DNA from: a virus
Length of the DNA stretch: 64,000 nucleotides
IMG/VR virus record: IMGVR_UViG_3300042298_003052
Coordinates: 32,001-96,000 of that record
Strand: one strand, 5' to 3'
Each line of letters begins with the position of its first letter. Position 1 is the stretch's first letter. Below the pieces are notes generated by a model that was not told the DNA's origin, did not search any database, and saw nothing but the letters and a program-made list of their open reading frames with translations. Shown here piece after piece: positions 1 to 10,270 of the stretch. The position numbers were made by a program, and so were the translations under genes.

Positions 1-4
1 TTGT

Positions 5-2185
5 TTAACACAAGCGTTCTTTCAACCTCGTATTACGTTTATTAACATAATTGTTTCTAACGGCTTTTTTAATAGCCTCTTCCTCGCCCACTAGAACGAT
101 GAGTTTCTTCGCCCTAGTCCATCCAGTATACAACAAATTGCGTATCAACATAATGTGATGAGATGTGGTTACAGGTATGACCACGACAGGAAACTCAGAT
201 CCTTGTGAACTGTGAATAGATATCGCATAAGCTAACTGCATATCACCACGTTCGTTATCATCAATAACAACCAATCGTCCTTCTTCAGGATTGGAAATGT
301 CAGGAAATTTACAAGTCATCTCGTTTTCGGTAGTATCTATATATTCGATAGTACCGATCTCACCATTGAAAATTGATTTATCGTAATTATTAGATCGCTG
401 AATAATGCGATCGCCTGATCTAAAACCTTTAAGTTCTTTCCCATTAGGATTCCAAAGATCTTGGATACGTTTGTTTAATTCTTGTGTACCATATTCTCCT
501 TTGTGCATAGGAGACAAAACCTGTATATCATCTTTTTTCCAATTCAATTCAGGTAACTTTACATCCAATAACCATTGGATTGCGACAGGTATTGTCTCTT
601 TAGGACACTTGATAAACAACGAATCACTATATGGAACGGTGGTACTTCGTCCTATTGATTCTAACTCAGGGACTTTACCAGCGTTGATACTTAGCGCACC
701 ATCAATTATCTTACTATCAGCGGATTGTCTAAACACCTCAGTCAATCTGATAACAGGAACCGCTTTAGAGTTTATAAGATCCCGAAGAACGTTACCAGCA
801 CCAACAGAAGGTAATTGATCAACATCACCAATAAGAACGACATTGGCGTATCGTGGTACAGATTCCATTAACGAATGAAACAATTTAATATCCACCATAG
901 AAGCTTCGTCTAACAGCAAGACATCAAGTTCTAAAGGATTGTCTCTATTATGAACAAAATTACTACCGTTCCATCCTAAAAGTCTATGAATTGTAGTAGC
1001 ATCAATACCTGTTACTTCCTTAATTCGCATCGCTGCTTTAGCGGCCAAGGCACAAGCTTTAATTCGTAGTCCGCGACTGTGGAAGTATTGAATGATCGCG
1101 TTAGAGGTGTGCGTCTTACCTGATCCAGGACCACCTGTAAGGATCATAAAATTACAAGATGCTGCCGTTCTAATTGCTTGTCGTTGAGCTTTAGCAAGAG
1201 GTCTATTAGGGTCTTCAAATCTATCGATCCAAAGATCGATATCTACGGGAGGATCTCTGAATTCACCTACCATTTGTCTTATAAAATCGGCTGTTTCCGC
1301 TTCGGCTAAATACATAGGCCAACGATAAACAGCATCATCTTCAACATGTAACTGTTGACTATGACGAACGCTAGCTTTATTAAGATCTTTTATAACTTTC
1401 TGTATATCCTCTGGTTTTGGACTATAACCAGGTAGACGGATAAGATCGCATACTTTACTACAAAGCTCATCCATCATTAAAAAACAATGTCCTCCCCTTT
1501 GAGAAGCTTGTCTTAACTCTTCGTGTATACCGGCACTTAAACGAATAAAAGAATCGTTTTCTATTCCAAGTCCTCTGGCTAACTCATCAGATCGTTTGAA
1601 ACCAAAACCTCTTACAGAAGAAGAAAGGATATAAGGATTAGATTTTATTTCATGGATAGAATTATCTCCATACTGGTTATAGATGTTTTTCGCGTATCCA
1701 GCAGACACTCCAATACTATGTAGGAATTGGATAAGAATTCGCATTCCTTTTTTCTTACCATGATCTTCAAGAATTTTTTTCAAACTCTTTGGTCCAATTC
1801 CCTTAACCTCTATAAGGCGATCTGGTTCGTTGTCTAGAATATCAAATACGTCTTCACCAAAATGATCGTATAAAGCAATACCTTTACTACCACCTAGACC
1901 TTTAACACTTTGTAAGTATGCGATCGCAGCTTCTCTAGAAGTGGGTTCAGGTAGTGTATAACTAGAAAACTTAAACTGTCTACCATATTTTTTATGTTCT
2001 ATCCAATCCCCTATTAGACGAACAGGGCTATCTACTATAGGGTCTGGCATCGTACCTACAGCGATGAAATCCTCAAAATTATTTGGATCTCCGACCTTCA
2101 AGATCGCGTATCCATTTTCATCGTTATAAAATATTACGGAGTATATAACTACGTCAAAGGTGTTCACTATGCTTTCCTTTTCCAA
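5..2185 (-). CDS. recD2: ATP-dependent RecD2-like SF1B helicase
   Basis: N-terminal HKKYGRQF and HhH (VKGIGPK) region, Walker A GGPGSGKT, DEASM, GDVDQLPSVGAG, AYAISIHSSQGSEF, RNLLYTGWTRAK; TTG start. Confidence 0.93.
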   Translation of the reverse strand: MEKESIVNTFDVVIYSVIFYNDENGYAILKVGDPNNFEDFIAVGTMPDPIVDSPVRLIGDWIEHKKYGRQFKFSSYTLPEPTSREAAIAYLQSVKGLGGSKGIALYDHFGEDVFDILDNEPDRLIEVKGIGPKSLKKILEDHGKKKGMRILIQFLHSIGVSAGYAKNIYNQYGDNSIHEIKSNPYILSSSVRGFGFKRSDELARGLGIENDSFIRLSAGIHEELRQASQRGGHCFLMMDELCSKVCDLIRLPGYSPKPEDIQKVIKDLNKASVRHSQQLHVEDDAVYRWPMYLAEAETADFIRQMVGEFRDPPVDIDLWIDRFEDPNRPLAKAQRQAIRTAASCNFMILTGGPGSGKTHTSNAIIQYFHSRGLRIKACALAAKAAMRIKEVTGIDATTIHRLLGWNGSNFVHNRDNPLELDVLLLDEASMVDIKLFHSLMESVPRYANVVLIGDVDQLPSVGAGNVLRDLINSKAVPVIRLTEVFRQSADSKIIDGALSINAGKVPELESIGRSTTVPYSDSLFIKCPKETIPVAIQWLLDVKLPELNWKKDDIQVLSPMHKGEYGTQELNKRIQDLWNPNGKELKGFRSGDRIIQRSNNYDKSIFNGEIGTIEYIDTTENEMTCKFPDISNPEEGRLVVIDDNERGDMQLAYAISIHSSQGSEFPVVVIPVTTSHHIMLIRNLLYTGWTRAKKLIVLVGEEEAIKKAVRNNYVNKRNTRLKERLC

Positions 2186-2204
2186 AGTGTTATTTAAGTT
2201 TTTA

Positions 2205-2238
2205 AAGCGAGGATCACTATATTTAGCGATCCTCGCTT
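2205..2238 (-). terminator. Intergenic stem-loop, probable terminator or processing site
   Basis: AAGCGAGGATCACTA-tatt-TAGCGATCCTCGCTT inverted repeat between the SSB-like gene and recD2; weak U-tract. Confidence 0.5.
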
Positions 2239-2257
2239 GCGCGATCTATCCCGTTAT

Positions 2258-3445
2258 TTAGAATGGGATGTCGTCGTAACTTTTGGGTTCTTCATCTGCT
2301 TTAGGAGCAGCAGACTTAGTGGGTTCAATTAGACTCACCGTATCTTGAGAACCAGAGATCATGGCACCAATCTTTTGTACAGTTTGTACAAGAATAGGAC
2401 TGACGTTTTCTGGTACACCATTAACGATAAAATCTACGTCCATGAGATGCTGAACTTCTTTACTACCGATCTTCCCAGGTTGTAAGTTGGCTACGTTATT
2501 ATTCTGTAGATTCACAATAAATTCAGGGAATGTCGTGGTCACACTATTACCATTCATATCAACATATTTGACATGATGTTTTGACATTCTTAAACAAAGA
2601 GAACCGTTCTGAGCCTTCATGCGATAGAATATCAGATTTTTCTCTAAACGGGATTGTAGAGCTTTAGTTCGACTAGAAACGATTCCCAAATCTGCGATGG
2701 TAATATTCCATGAAACGAATTCTTTACCATCATAAGGAAGCTTTTTAGGATCACCGATGTCAGTTACCAAATAATCACCAACCGGTAACATTCTCATATC
2801 ATAGAATTTACCACCCCCTTTAGGGACGGTGGACATGTAGTCACAAATGTTACCATCTTCTAAAGCTGCTGCAAGTAGAGCTTCGGAGACTTTCACCTCT
2901 CTATCTAAAATGAGAGGGATATAGAGCAGTTCTTGATTTCCTTTTACCTTTGGATCACGAAGCTTAGCTGTAACGCTAAGAATCACATTATCATTATCAT
3001 CTTTAAGAACCTTCCCTTCAGAATTGGTTCGCGGAGTAACATCTACTGGGCCACGAAGGCTGCCAACGACAAGTCTACTTTCGCTTAGAGAAGCTTTATA
3101 AAGTGTTCGTCCTACACGTAAAACAAATTGGTCTTCATCAGTCTTATAAAAACACGGTCCATACAAACGATCAATAATCCCGTTTTCCATGTGATAGGAA
3201 AGCACTTCGGGATCGCTTTCGTCAGAATCACCAAGACGATCGCCTTCAATAGCATTTAGAAAAACTTCTACATTTTCTACAGAATTAAACACATCTGGCA
3301 TATCCTTTTCGGTAATGCCGTATTGATCCTTTAAGCACTTTACATGATTTTTTAGATCGGCCAAGGTAATGTTGTTCCATCCGTTCTGATGATGGTCAAC
3401 TTCCATGTCCGATACAAAACGAAACGTGGATAGATCAAAGTTCAT
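2258..3445 (-). CDS. Putative single-stranded DNA-binding / recombination protein
   Basis: Acidic C-terminal tail ending YDDIPF, typical of SSBs; next to RecD2. Start moved from 3826 to ATG 3445 (AAGGA upstream) because the longer ORF overlaps the HTH gene. Confidence 0.5.
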   Translation of the reverse strand: MNFDLSTFRFVSDMEVDHHQNGWNNITLADLKNHVKCLKDQYGITEKDMPDVFNSVENVEVFLNAIEGDRLGDSDESDPEVLSYHMENGIIDRLYGPCFYKTDEDQFVLRVGRTLYKASLSESRLVVGSLRGPVDVTPRTNSEGKVLKDDNDNVILSVTAKLRDPKVKGNQELLYIPLILDREVKVSEALLAAALEDGNICDYMSTVPKGGGKFYDMRMLPVGDYLVTDIGDPKKLPYDGKEFVSWNITIADLGIVSSRTKALQSRLEKNLIFYRMKAQNGSLCLRMSKHHVKYVDMNGNSVTTTFPEFIVNLQNNNVANLQPGKIGSKEVQHLMDVDFIVNGVPENVSPILVQTVQKIGAMISGSQDTVSLIEPTKSAAPKADEEPKSYDDIPF

Positions 3446-3572
3446 ATTTTGTTCCTTTCCCATTGAGGGAGTTTTTTGGATGATTTTTAGACTAGCGTGT
3501 ATTCCTTCAGCTTGGGCTTTAAGAACCACACCAATCAGTATAATACAGATATCCAATATTGTGTAGTATCTT

Positions 3573-4043
3573 ATGACTAGACTAACCCTTAGAATGTTGA
3601 GAAAGAGGGAACAGGATCGTTTGGCTCCTAAGAAACTACCTATAGCAGAGATAGCTCGTGTTGTGGGAGTGCATCCAAGTACCTGGTATAACTGGGAGCG
3701 ATCGCACTTTAAGGATCCTGGTTTTAAGGCTGGACAGAAGATCATAGAGATCCTTAACTGTACAGCACAGGAACTATACGAAGCGATCGACCCTACAGAA
3801 AAATACACCAAGGATTTTGAATACAACGGAGAGACTTATATTCGATGTACTCTATTAGTACAGTTGCCCGTATTTGAGCTAATAGAGGCATGGACAGCCT
3901 ATGTAGAGTACATTGGTACCTACACTAATAAAGAGATCGAACCCAGACGTAAAGGTAAAGGAGTAGAGCTTGCTGTAGCACAGGCCGCAGCTCTATCTAC
4001 AGAGTTTGGGGACTTTTACGAACACTTTGTTAAAGATCGCTGA
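3573..4043 (+). CDS. XRE-family HTH transcriptional regulator
   Basis: LPIAEIARVVGVHPSTWYNWER helix-turn-helix; divergent from the SSB-like gene and heads the replication operon. Confidence 0.8.
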   Translation: MTRLTLRMLRKREQDRLAPKKLPIAEIARVVGVHPSTWYNWERSHFKDPGFKAGQKIIEILNCTAQELYEAIDPTEKYTKDFEYNGETYIRCTLLVQLPVFELIEAWTAYVEYIGTYTNKEIEPRRKGKGVELAVAQAAALSTEFGDFYEHFVKDR

Positions 4044-4147
4044 TTAAGGTAGCGATCGTCCCTCCTTCTCTATCGATTTAAGCTATAGTTTTGATCAAGC
4101 GTTCCGTTAGGAGCGTTTTGTTTCTGTACCTATTGAAAGAGGATTCC

Positions 4148-5425
4148 ATGAATAAATTACTAATTGACGAATATCCAATGATGGTATTACCTTCTCTATC
4201 CAACAAGATTGGATTAGAAGCGGCGATCGTACTACAGCAGATCAACTACTGGTTACGACTCAACCAAGAAGCAGAACGTACTGACACGTTCAAAGACGGG
4301 CATTGGTGGATACTTAACACGATTGAGGAATGGCAAGCTAAACAGTTTACATGGTGGTCGGTATCCACTGTTAAACGGATCCTATCGAGTCTAGAAAATA
4401 TGGGTCTTGTGATCAGTGGGAGATTCAACAAGAATCCATACGACCATACGAAAGCTTACACAATCAACTACACCGCCGTTGAGAGACTATCTCTACTGGA
4501 TATCTCATGTGTAACTAAGACTAGAACAGAGATCATAGAAGCCGTAAAAAATTTTTGCTTCGGTGAATCCAATTTGACCCAATCGATTGGTTCAGATAGA
4601 GATCATCGATCAGGTCAAATTGACCCAATCGAAGAGGTCAGTCTGAAACCTTCGGAAGGACCAGTTTGGTCCGATCTTCTATATTCTAAAAAGACTAAAG
4701 AGAATATATATACTGAAGACGCCCCTGACGGGGCATTATCCACATCTGATAGCGATCCTTCTTTATCCACGAATGTTGAACGATCTTCGTCTACTGAGAT
4801 CACATCAGTGGATCTTCTGATGAAACAGATGGTGGATCTTTATAATGAAACTCCCCCTTGTTGGAGCAATGTAAGGATCCTTGACGACGATCGTAAGAAG
4901 AAATTGCGATCGTTTATAAAGAAACATGGTGATGACGCGATCAAGATATGGACAAATGCGATCTCCTTCATTAAGATAGATCCATGGTGGAGTAGTCCAG
5001 TAGACCCTAGAACTAACACTCCCAAGAAACACGCATTTGAAACCCTTTTTACAAAATCCCATCTGATTGAGTTCAATGATAAATACTTAGCTAGTAACTC
5101 CTGTACTGGCGACTCTTCTGAAGGTGGTGAGAAGATGGATCCGCGTCTGGTGAGGATGCTGGACGATATCGATTTGATGGATCCAAACGATCCAAACGAT
5201 TTTGGTTACAAGATGATCTCTTTGGTTAACAAATATGTTAGAAATTTCCATACGAATAGCAACGAAGAAAGCTGTAATACGTTTAAGCAATTGGATCAAC
5301 ATGAATTACATCCCTTTGTTCAGGACAAAACTGGTGTTACGCTATATCAGGAGTTAAGTAGTAACGATAGACCTCGTTACGCTAAATTCTTGATCAAACT
5401 ATTGTTCAAAAAGGAAATTGTCTAG
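4148..5425 (+). CDS. Phage replication initiator (replisome organizer, lambda O / DnaD-like)
   Basis: N-terminus MNKLLIDEYPMMVLPSL..IGLEAAIVLQQINYWL followed by a wHTH (WSVSTVKRILSSLE); internal DNA repeats; AGAGGA before ATG 4148. Confidence 0.8.
   Translation: MNKLLIDEYPMMVLPSLSNKIGLEAAIVLQQINYWLRLNQEAERTDTFKDGHWWILNTIEEWQAKQFTWWSVSTVKRILSSLENMGLVISGRFNKNPYDHTKAYTINYTAVERLSLLDISCVTKTRTEIIEAVKNFCFGESNLTQSIGSDRDHRSGQIDPIEEVSLKPSEGPVWSDLLYSKKTKENIYTEDAPDGALSTSDSDPSLSTNVERSSSTEITSVDLLMKQMVDLYNETPPCWSNVRILDDDRKKKLRSFIKKHGDDAIKIWTNAISFIKIDPWWSSPVDPRTNTPKKHAFETLFTKSHLIEFNDKYLASNSCTGDSSEGGEKMDPRLVRMLDDIDLMDPNDPNDFGYKMISLVNKYVRNFHTNSNEESCNTFKQLDQHELHPFVQDKTGVTLYQELSSNDRPRYAKFLIKLLFKKEIV
4571..4676. 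repeat. Iteron-like ~23-bp repeats inside the initiator gene (probable origin)
   Basis: Four to five degenerate units of TGACC-N2/3-ATCGAT-N2/3-GGTCA; TTGACCCAATCGA occurs at 4574 and 4620. Confidence 0.7.
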
Positions 5426-7692
5426 TGCAGAAGCCCTTCTTGTTTGACCATCTCAGCAAATTTTTGACTGCTATTGGATATACAGACGGTGAAGAAGTGA
5501 GGTTGCGATCGTTCTTACCGAAGACCTACGATGATACAAAACCACGCAACCTGATCTTTACGATGCCTCAATATCCGGTTATGACTTTAACCAAGTGGAT
5601 AGATGAAGGTCGTAAAATCTATGTGGTTGTTCACCCTGGTGGAGATGGAGATAAGGACATTACTGCTTGTAGAACGATCTTCTACGAACATGACTATATA
5701 GATGAGTCTACTCTTGAGAAGATGAAAATGCTTCTCCCTGAGGTAGAATTTCCCATTAAACCAATGGAGGAAAAGGAGAAAAAACAGAAGTGGATATTCC
5801 CTAAAGACGCTCAGAAATCCTTCTGGTTAGCGTTAGGACTACCTGAACCTACCGTTCAAGTAGACACGGGTTCCAAATCTATTCACAACTATTGGACTCT
5901 ATCAGAACCCTTAGAAGAATCCCAATGGAGGGCTTTACAGGAGGATTTGATCGCGTTATCAAGTGCGGATCCAGTTAATAAGAATCCATCTAGGATTATG
6001 GCCTTAGCTGGCATGTTGAATGTAACAACTGGTGAACACGCTCGAATTGTAGGAGGTACTGGAAAACCTCATGATTACAATGACTTGCGATCGCTAATTC
6101 CTGTCAGTGAGGTTCGCAAAGGTATTTCTTATGGAGAATTTTGTAAATCTTTTAAGTTTCCGATAAACGATAGTGTACCGTTAATCATTTGTCTGTCTAT
6201 AGAAAATCAGACTAAGATTAAAGAGGGTAGCGATGACTATAGAAACAATGGCGCGTTTTCGCTAGCTTGCGATCTTATAGCAGCATCATATTTTTTAGAA
6301 TCTGAAAACCAACGGTATAGTGGCGATCCTTATGATTTATTTGTGGAATACTGTGAGAAGTGTTCTGACGGTGGCGGTTGGGGGTCTTCTGAATGGGATA
6401 CTGTGTGGCGATCTGCTGAGAAGAAAGATCGCAATACTACATTAGAACCAAAGAATATTATTAATCGTATTAAAACGTGGGTGTGGGAGAACGTTCCTAA
6501 TAAGGATGTATTGAACATCGGTGGAATAGTAAGGAGTTTTGCAGAAAACCAGGTTTCTGTAAATTTAGAAGATATACCGGAGAATGCTACTGATGAACAG
6601 AAACTTATTTTAGGTATAGCCAACTATATAACTCTACGGGATTCTGGTAATACTTTTAAGTTCATCCCTTATCGTCGTAAGCTGATGGACGGGGAAATAA
6701 CAGGAACCCGTCTGTCTTTAGATGAACTGGAAGTTTTAGCAAAACACTTACAACGGGTTAAAGCTAACGATCTATTACATACCAGTGAATTTCTCGCTGA
6801 TGTATATGATGAGATCGATCGCAGAGCTAAAGAAGACAATTTTCATGGATTGATAACTGGATACCATGAAATCGATAATAATACGCAAGGTTTTCAACGT
6901 ACTGATCTTATCGCGGTAGCAGGTAGACCCGGTTTAGGTAAAACGACCTTCGTTCTTAATATTGCGAAAAATATATGCGTTAGAAATAATGTTCCTCTAG
7001 CTTTCTTCAGTTTAGAGATGTCTAGAACCCAGTTAGCTTACAAATTATTGTCTAATGAGACGCAGATCAACTTTTCATCCCTTAGATCGGGAAGGTTAGA
7101 ATCTGATCAATGGGAAAGATTGCATGAGGGTATTATTAAAGTTTCAGAAATGAAATTTTATATAGATGACACTCCTTACATAACCATAGCTGAGGTATTG
7201 GCCAAATCACGTAAACTTAATAGAGAAGTTGGCGGGTTAGGTGCGATCGTCATAGATTATCTACAATTAATGATACAAGGTGACGATCCTACGCGAGAAA
7301 TTGGTAAAATAACAACACAACTAAAAGGACTCGCCCGAGAACTAAACGTCCCTATATTTATTTTATCTCAGTTAAATCGTGGCGTAGAAAGTCGTACTAA
7401 CAAACGACCATCGAATAGTGATTTACGTCAGTCAGGACGTATTGAAGAGGATTGCGACATGATCATAATGTTATATAGGGAAGATTATTATAATTCTTCC
7501 ACTCCTGATAAAGGAAAGACGGAAGTTTTGATCACTAAACATCGTAATGGTCCTACAGGTATGTTTGAACTGATGTTTACACCAGAAACATCTTTATTTG
7601 AAAATCTCCCTGGATCTTTTGTTGTTAAACCTAAAACCAAATCAGAATCTCAAAAAACTGAAGACGACAAAATACAAGAAATAAACTTTTAA
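5425..7692 (+). CDS. dnaB: RepB-type primase fused to a DnaB replicative helicase
   Basis: N-terminal primase motifs (IFYEHD, PEPTVQVDTGSKSIHNYW, KNPSRIM); C-terminal DnaB motifs (AGRPGLGKT, FSLEMS, IDYLQL, LSQLNR, DLRQSGRIEEDCD, KHRNGPTG). Confidence 0.88.
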   Translation: MQKPFLFDHLSKFLTAIGYTDGEEVRLRSFLPKTYDDTKPRNLIFTMPQYPVMTLTKWIDEGRKIYVVVHPGGDGDKDITACRTIFYEHDYIDESTLEKMKMLLPEVEFPIKPMEEKEKKQKWIFPKDAQKSFWLALGLPEPTVQVDTGSKSIHNYWTLSEPLEESQWRALQEDLIALSSADPVNKNPSRIMALAGMLNVTTGEHARIVGGTGKPHDYNDLRSLIPVSEVRKGISYGEFCKSFKFPINDSVPLIICLSIENQTKIKEGSDDYRNNGAFSLACDLIAASYFLESENQRYSGDPYDLFVEYCEKCSDGGGWGSSEWDTVWRSAEKKDRNTTLEPKNIINRIKTWVWENVPNKDVLNIGGIVRSFAENQVSVNLEDIPENATDEQKLILGIANYITLRDSGNTFKFIPYRRKLMDGEITGTRLSLDELEVLAKHLQRVKANDLLHTSEFLADVYDEIDRRAKEDNFHGLITGYHEIDNNTQGFQRTDLIAVAGRPGLGKTTFVLNIAKNICVRNNVPLAFFSLEMSRTQLAYKLLSNETQINFSSLRSGRLESDQWERLHEGIIKVSEMKFYIDDTPYITIAEVLAKSRKLNREVGGLGAIVIDYLQLMIQGDDPTREIGKITTQLKGLARELNVPIFILSQLNRGVESRTNKRPSNSDLRQSGRIEEDCDMIIMLYREDYYNSSTPDKGKTEVLITKHRNGPTGMFELMFTPETSLFENLPGSFVVKPKTKSESQKTEDDKIQEINF

Positions 7693-7697
7693 TAACC

Positions 7698-9923
7698 ATG
7701 TTAAAACCAATACCTAACTACGGAATTAACGATCCGTATCAGAATTCTTCTAATGATCCATTACCTATTCCACCAAGGGATGATCGCTTCCCTGGTTTAC
7801 GATATGTAGAAGCTCGTGAGGGAGCTAAGAAAAAGGATCCTGATAGTAAACCTCGCATAGTATCGGATGATACGGAATTTAATATTTTTGATGTTCCTGA
7901 TACTACGTTTATCAGGGAATCTGAGGTTAAACTTTTTGATGTACAACCGTTCTCAGATTACACCAGAGGCGTAGTTCTTCTAGATCTGGAATGGGTTGGT
8001 CCAGATGGAGGATCTGCTACAGGTACAAAAGATGATATTATCGTAGCGATCGGTGTCCGATACAGAGGTAAGTCTTATCTAGCCTGTAATAAAGACAAAA
8101 CAGAAAAAGAATTACTACAATGGTTTTTTGCTAGAATAGAAAGTTTTCCACAAGTTCATACGATCGCTGGTTATGCGATCTATGGGTTCTATAAGAACTC
8201 TGAAGAGGTCATGGTTGATCTAGCCATGATATATCATCGTTGCTTGTTACATGGCCTAGAATGTCCTTGGAAGCCATCAGAGAGTAAATATAATACCTAT
8301 CGATGGCAAAATGCGATCGTCTTTGGAAAACCCTTAGAAGTACCAGCGTGGGATTGCGATCTTTATGAACTTATCGATATTTATCCGCAGATTGTTTTAT
8401 ACGATTCTTTAGTTCGTAAATTAGAAAACTATCGTCTCAAAGATAGTGTTATTGGATTTGGTTTGAGAAAAGATCGTCGTATAGAAATAGGCGATAAAAT
8501 TCATGAATATTGGAGTAAAGGAGATGTAGACACTATTAAAACTTATCTAGATTATGACTTAGAAGACACAGAGCTTCTATGGAATTTTCTAACGCCACAA
8601 AATTATTTTATGAAAGCTTACATGTCATGGACGTTACAGAGGATAACCACTACAGGTACAGGATCATGGTGGAATTCGTTCATGATCGATCGCACTAAAA
8701 TGAAACCCAAGAAAACGCAGACGTGTTCTTACCAAGGTGCTTTAACATTCTACATGAGTGGAATACATAGATCTTTGATGAAGTGTGATTTCTCAGGTCT
8801 GTATCCTAGCATTATGCTTACATGGTTAGTATGTTCTCACAAAGACAGTGATTACATAGCATTGAAGACTTTATTCTTTTTACTCAAATATAGGAAGTCA
8901 ATTAAGAAGACGCCTGAATGGATACGTTTCGATGGAGGCGATCGTTCTCCCGAATGTTTAGATGCTGATGGTCGTCAGAATACGGCAAAGAGGTCAGCTA
9001 ACTCATTGTATGGGCTATGGAATACTAAAGGATTGAATTTTAACGATCCTTACGCTGGTGCTGCTGTATGTGCTTATGGTAGGCAATTATCTCGCTATAT
9101 GATCAATTGGTTATACGAGAATAAAAATCTCGACACAAGAGGTTGCGATACTGATGCTGCTATGGCCTGTTTAATAAATCCACAAGAATATGGTATTCAT
9201 GGATTTGAAAAAGGTATAAATAACTACACAGAAGAAGAGATTTTAGATAATCTCACGAAGATGGATGTGTTTTTCAAGCAGACGGTATCGGAACTCAATA
9301 GCACCATGCCAGGGTATACTGCTGTAGATTACGAAGACTTGATACCGTTTATGTGGGTTCCACCTAATATAAAGGATAAAGATGCTGGTAAAACTTTAGC
9401 TGACAAACTTAATAGCGTAGAGTGTTACGAGCATGTTACACCGGATCAGTTAGATCCTGGATTATCCAAGAACTATATCTATGCTGTAGCCAAACGGGAT
9501 AAAGATGGCAAGTTGACAGGTAAATTTACATTAAAGTCTAAAGGTAAATTTAAGAAGAGAGATAAAAATTGGATACAAAAGGATTTTGTTATTGATCTAA
9601 TCACCAAACTGTTTTATGATGGTGAACATGCGGCTAAGGAGTTTGCCTTAGATGTTAGGGCTCAGATAGCCTCTGGTACATTACCTTTGGAAAAACTACA
9701 AAAAACTGTACTTGTTGCGTCCAACTGGAAACAGTTTGTAGAATGGGGATTTCCAGTAGGTAGTAGACCATGTATACATTACACTTGGAGAGGAGAAACA
9801 ACTGGTAAAAAGAGGATAAAAAAAGTTTTTGTTGCTACTGACAATATTAGCGAATTCTATGCTCCTGAGTATTACCTGGATCAATTCGATACGGTACTAG
9901 CTGAAACCCCGGTAAAATTATGA
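7698..9923 (+). CDS. polB: Family B DNA polymerase with 3'-5' exonuclease domain
   Basis: LDLE exonuclease motif I, YLDYDL exonuclease motif III, DFSGLYPS, KRSANSLYG, DTDA. Confidence 0.9.
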   Translation: MLKPIPNYGINDPYQNSSNDPLPIPPRDDRFPGLRYVEAREGAKKKDPDSKPRIVSDDTEFNIFDVPDTTFIRESEVKLFDVQPFSDYTRGVVLLDLEWVGPDGGSATGTKDDIIVAIGVRYRGKSYLACNKDKTEKELLQWFFARIESFPQVHTIAGYAIYGFYKNSEEVMVDLAMIYHRCLLHGLECPWKPSESKYNTYRWQNAIVFGKPLEVPAWDCDLYELIDIYPQIVLYDSLVRKLENYRLKDSVIGFGLRKDRRIEIGDKIHEYWSKGDVDTIKTYLDYDLEDTELLWNFLTPQNYFMKAYMSWTLQRITTTGTGSWWNSFMIDRTKMKPKKTQTCSYQGALTFYMSGIHRSLMKCDFSGLYPSIMLTWLVCSHKDSDYIALKTLFFLLKYRKSIKKTPEWIRFDGGDRSPECLDADGRQNTAKRSANSLYGLWNTKGLNFNDPYAGAAVCAYGRQLSRYMINWLYENKNLDTRGCDTDAAMACLINPQEYGIHGFEKGINNYTEEEILDNLTKMDVFFKQTVSELNSTMPGYTAVDYEDLIPFMWVPPNIKDKDAGKTLADKLNSVECYEHVTPDQLDPGLSKNYIYAVAKRDKDGKLTGKFTLKSKGKFKKRDKNWIQKDFVIDLITKLFYDGEHAAKEFALDVRAQIASGTLPLEKLQKTVLVASNWKQFVEWGFPVGSRPCIHYTWRGETTGKKRIKKVFVATDNISEFYAPEYYLDQFDTVLAETPVKL

Positions 9924-10270
9924 CACCACTAACAAGACGCAAGAAAATTTCAAATTATATTACCGCTGTATTACAAGAAGTGCGATTTAGAAAGTTACTG
10001 AACGATTTCAGTCCTGTTGAACAGATGGTCTCTTTATTTCTGTTCGGAGAGACGGACGTGACGCGATCTGATCTACAAAAAACTCTTGTAGATCGCAATA
10101 GGATTATTCTCGAAAATGGTGATAGAACCTTAGTCAGTTTCTATAAGATCACCACCGTGGAGAATCTTACAACAACAGGGTTGAACGATGATGAAATTGA
10201 CGCTCTTGAATTTTTCTCATGGTTAGAAGATCGTTTTCACATTGTTCGGCGTTCGGAGATGTACTTCTAG
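9920..10270 (+). CDS. Hypothetical protein
   Basis: ATGA overlap with the polB stop; operon position. Confidence 0.6.
   Translation: MTPLTRRKKISNYITAVLQEVRFRKLLNDFSPVEQMVSLFLFGETDVTRSDLQKTLVDRNRIILENGDRTLVSFYKITTVENLTTTGLNDDEIDALEFFSWLEDRFHIVRRSEMYF

Noticed and set aside
3446-3826. N-terminal extension of the 522-aa ORF
   Set aside because: It overlaps the well-supported HTH gene on the opposite strand; a better start with an RBS exists at 3445
4571-4676. Possible CRISPR mini-array
   Set aside because: Repeats are contiguous and degenerate, lack spacers and lie in coding sequence; no cas genes were seen
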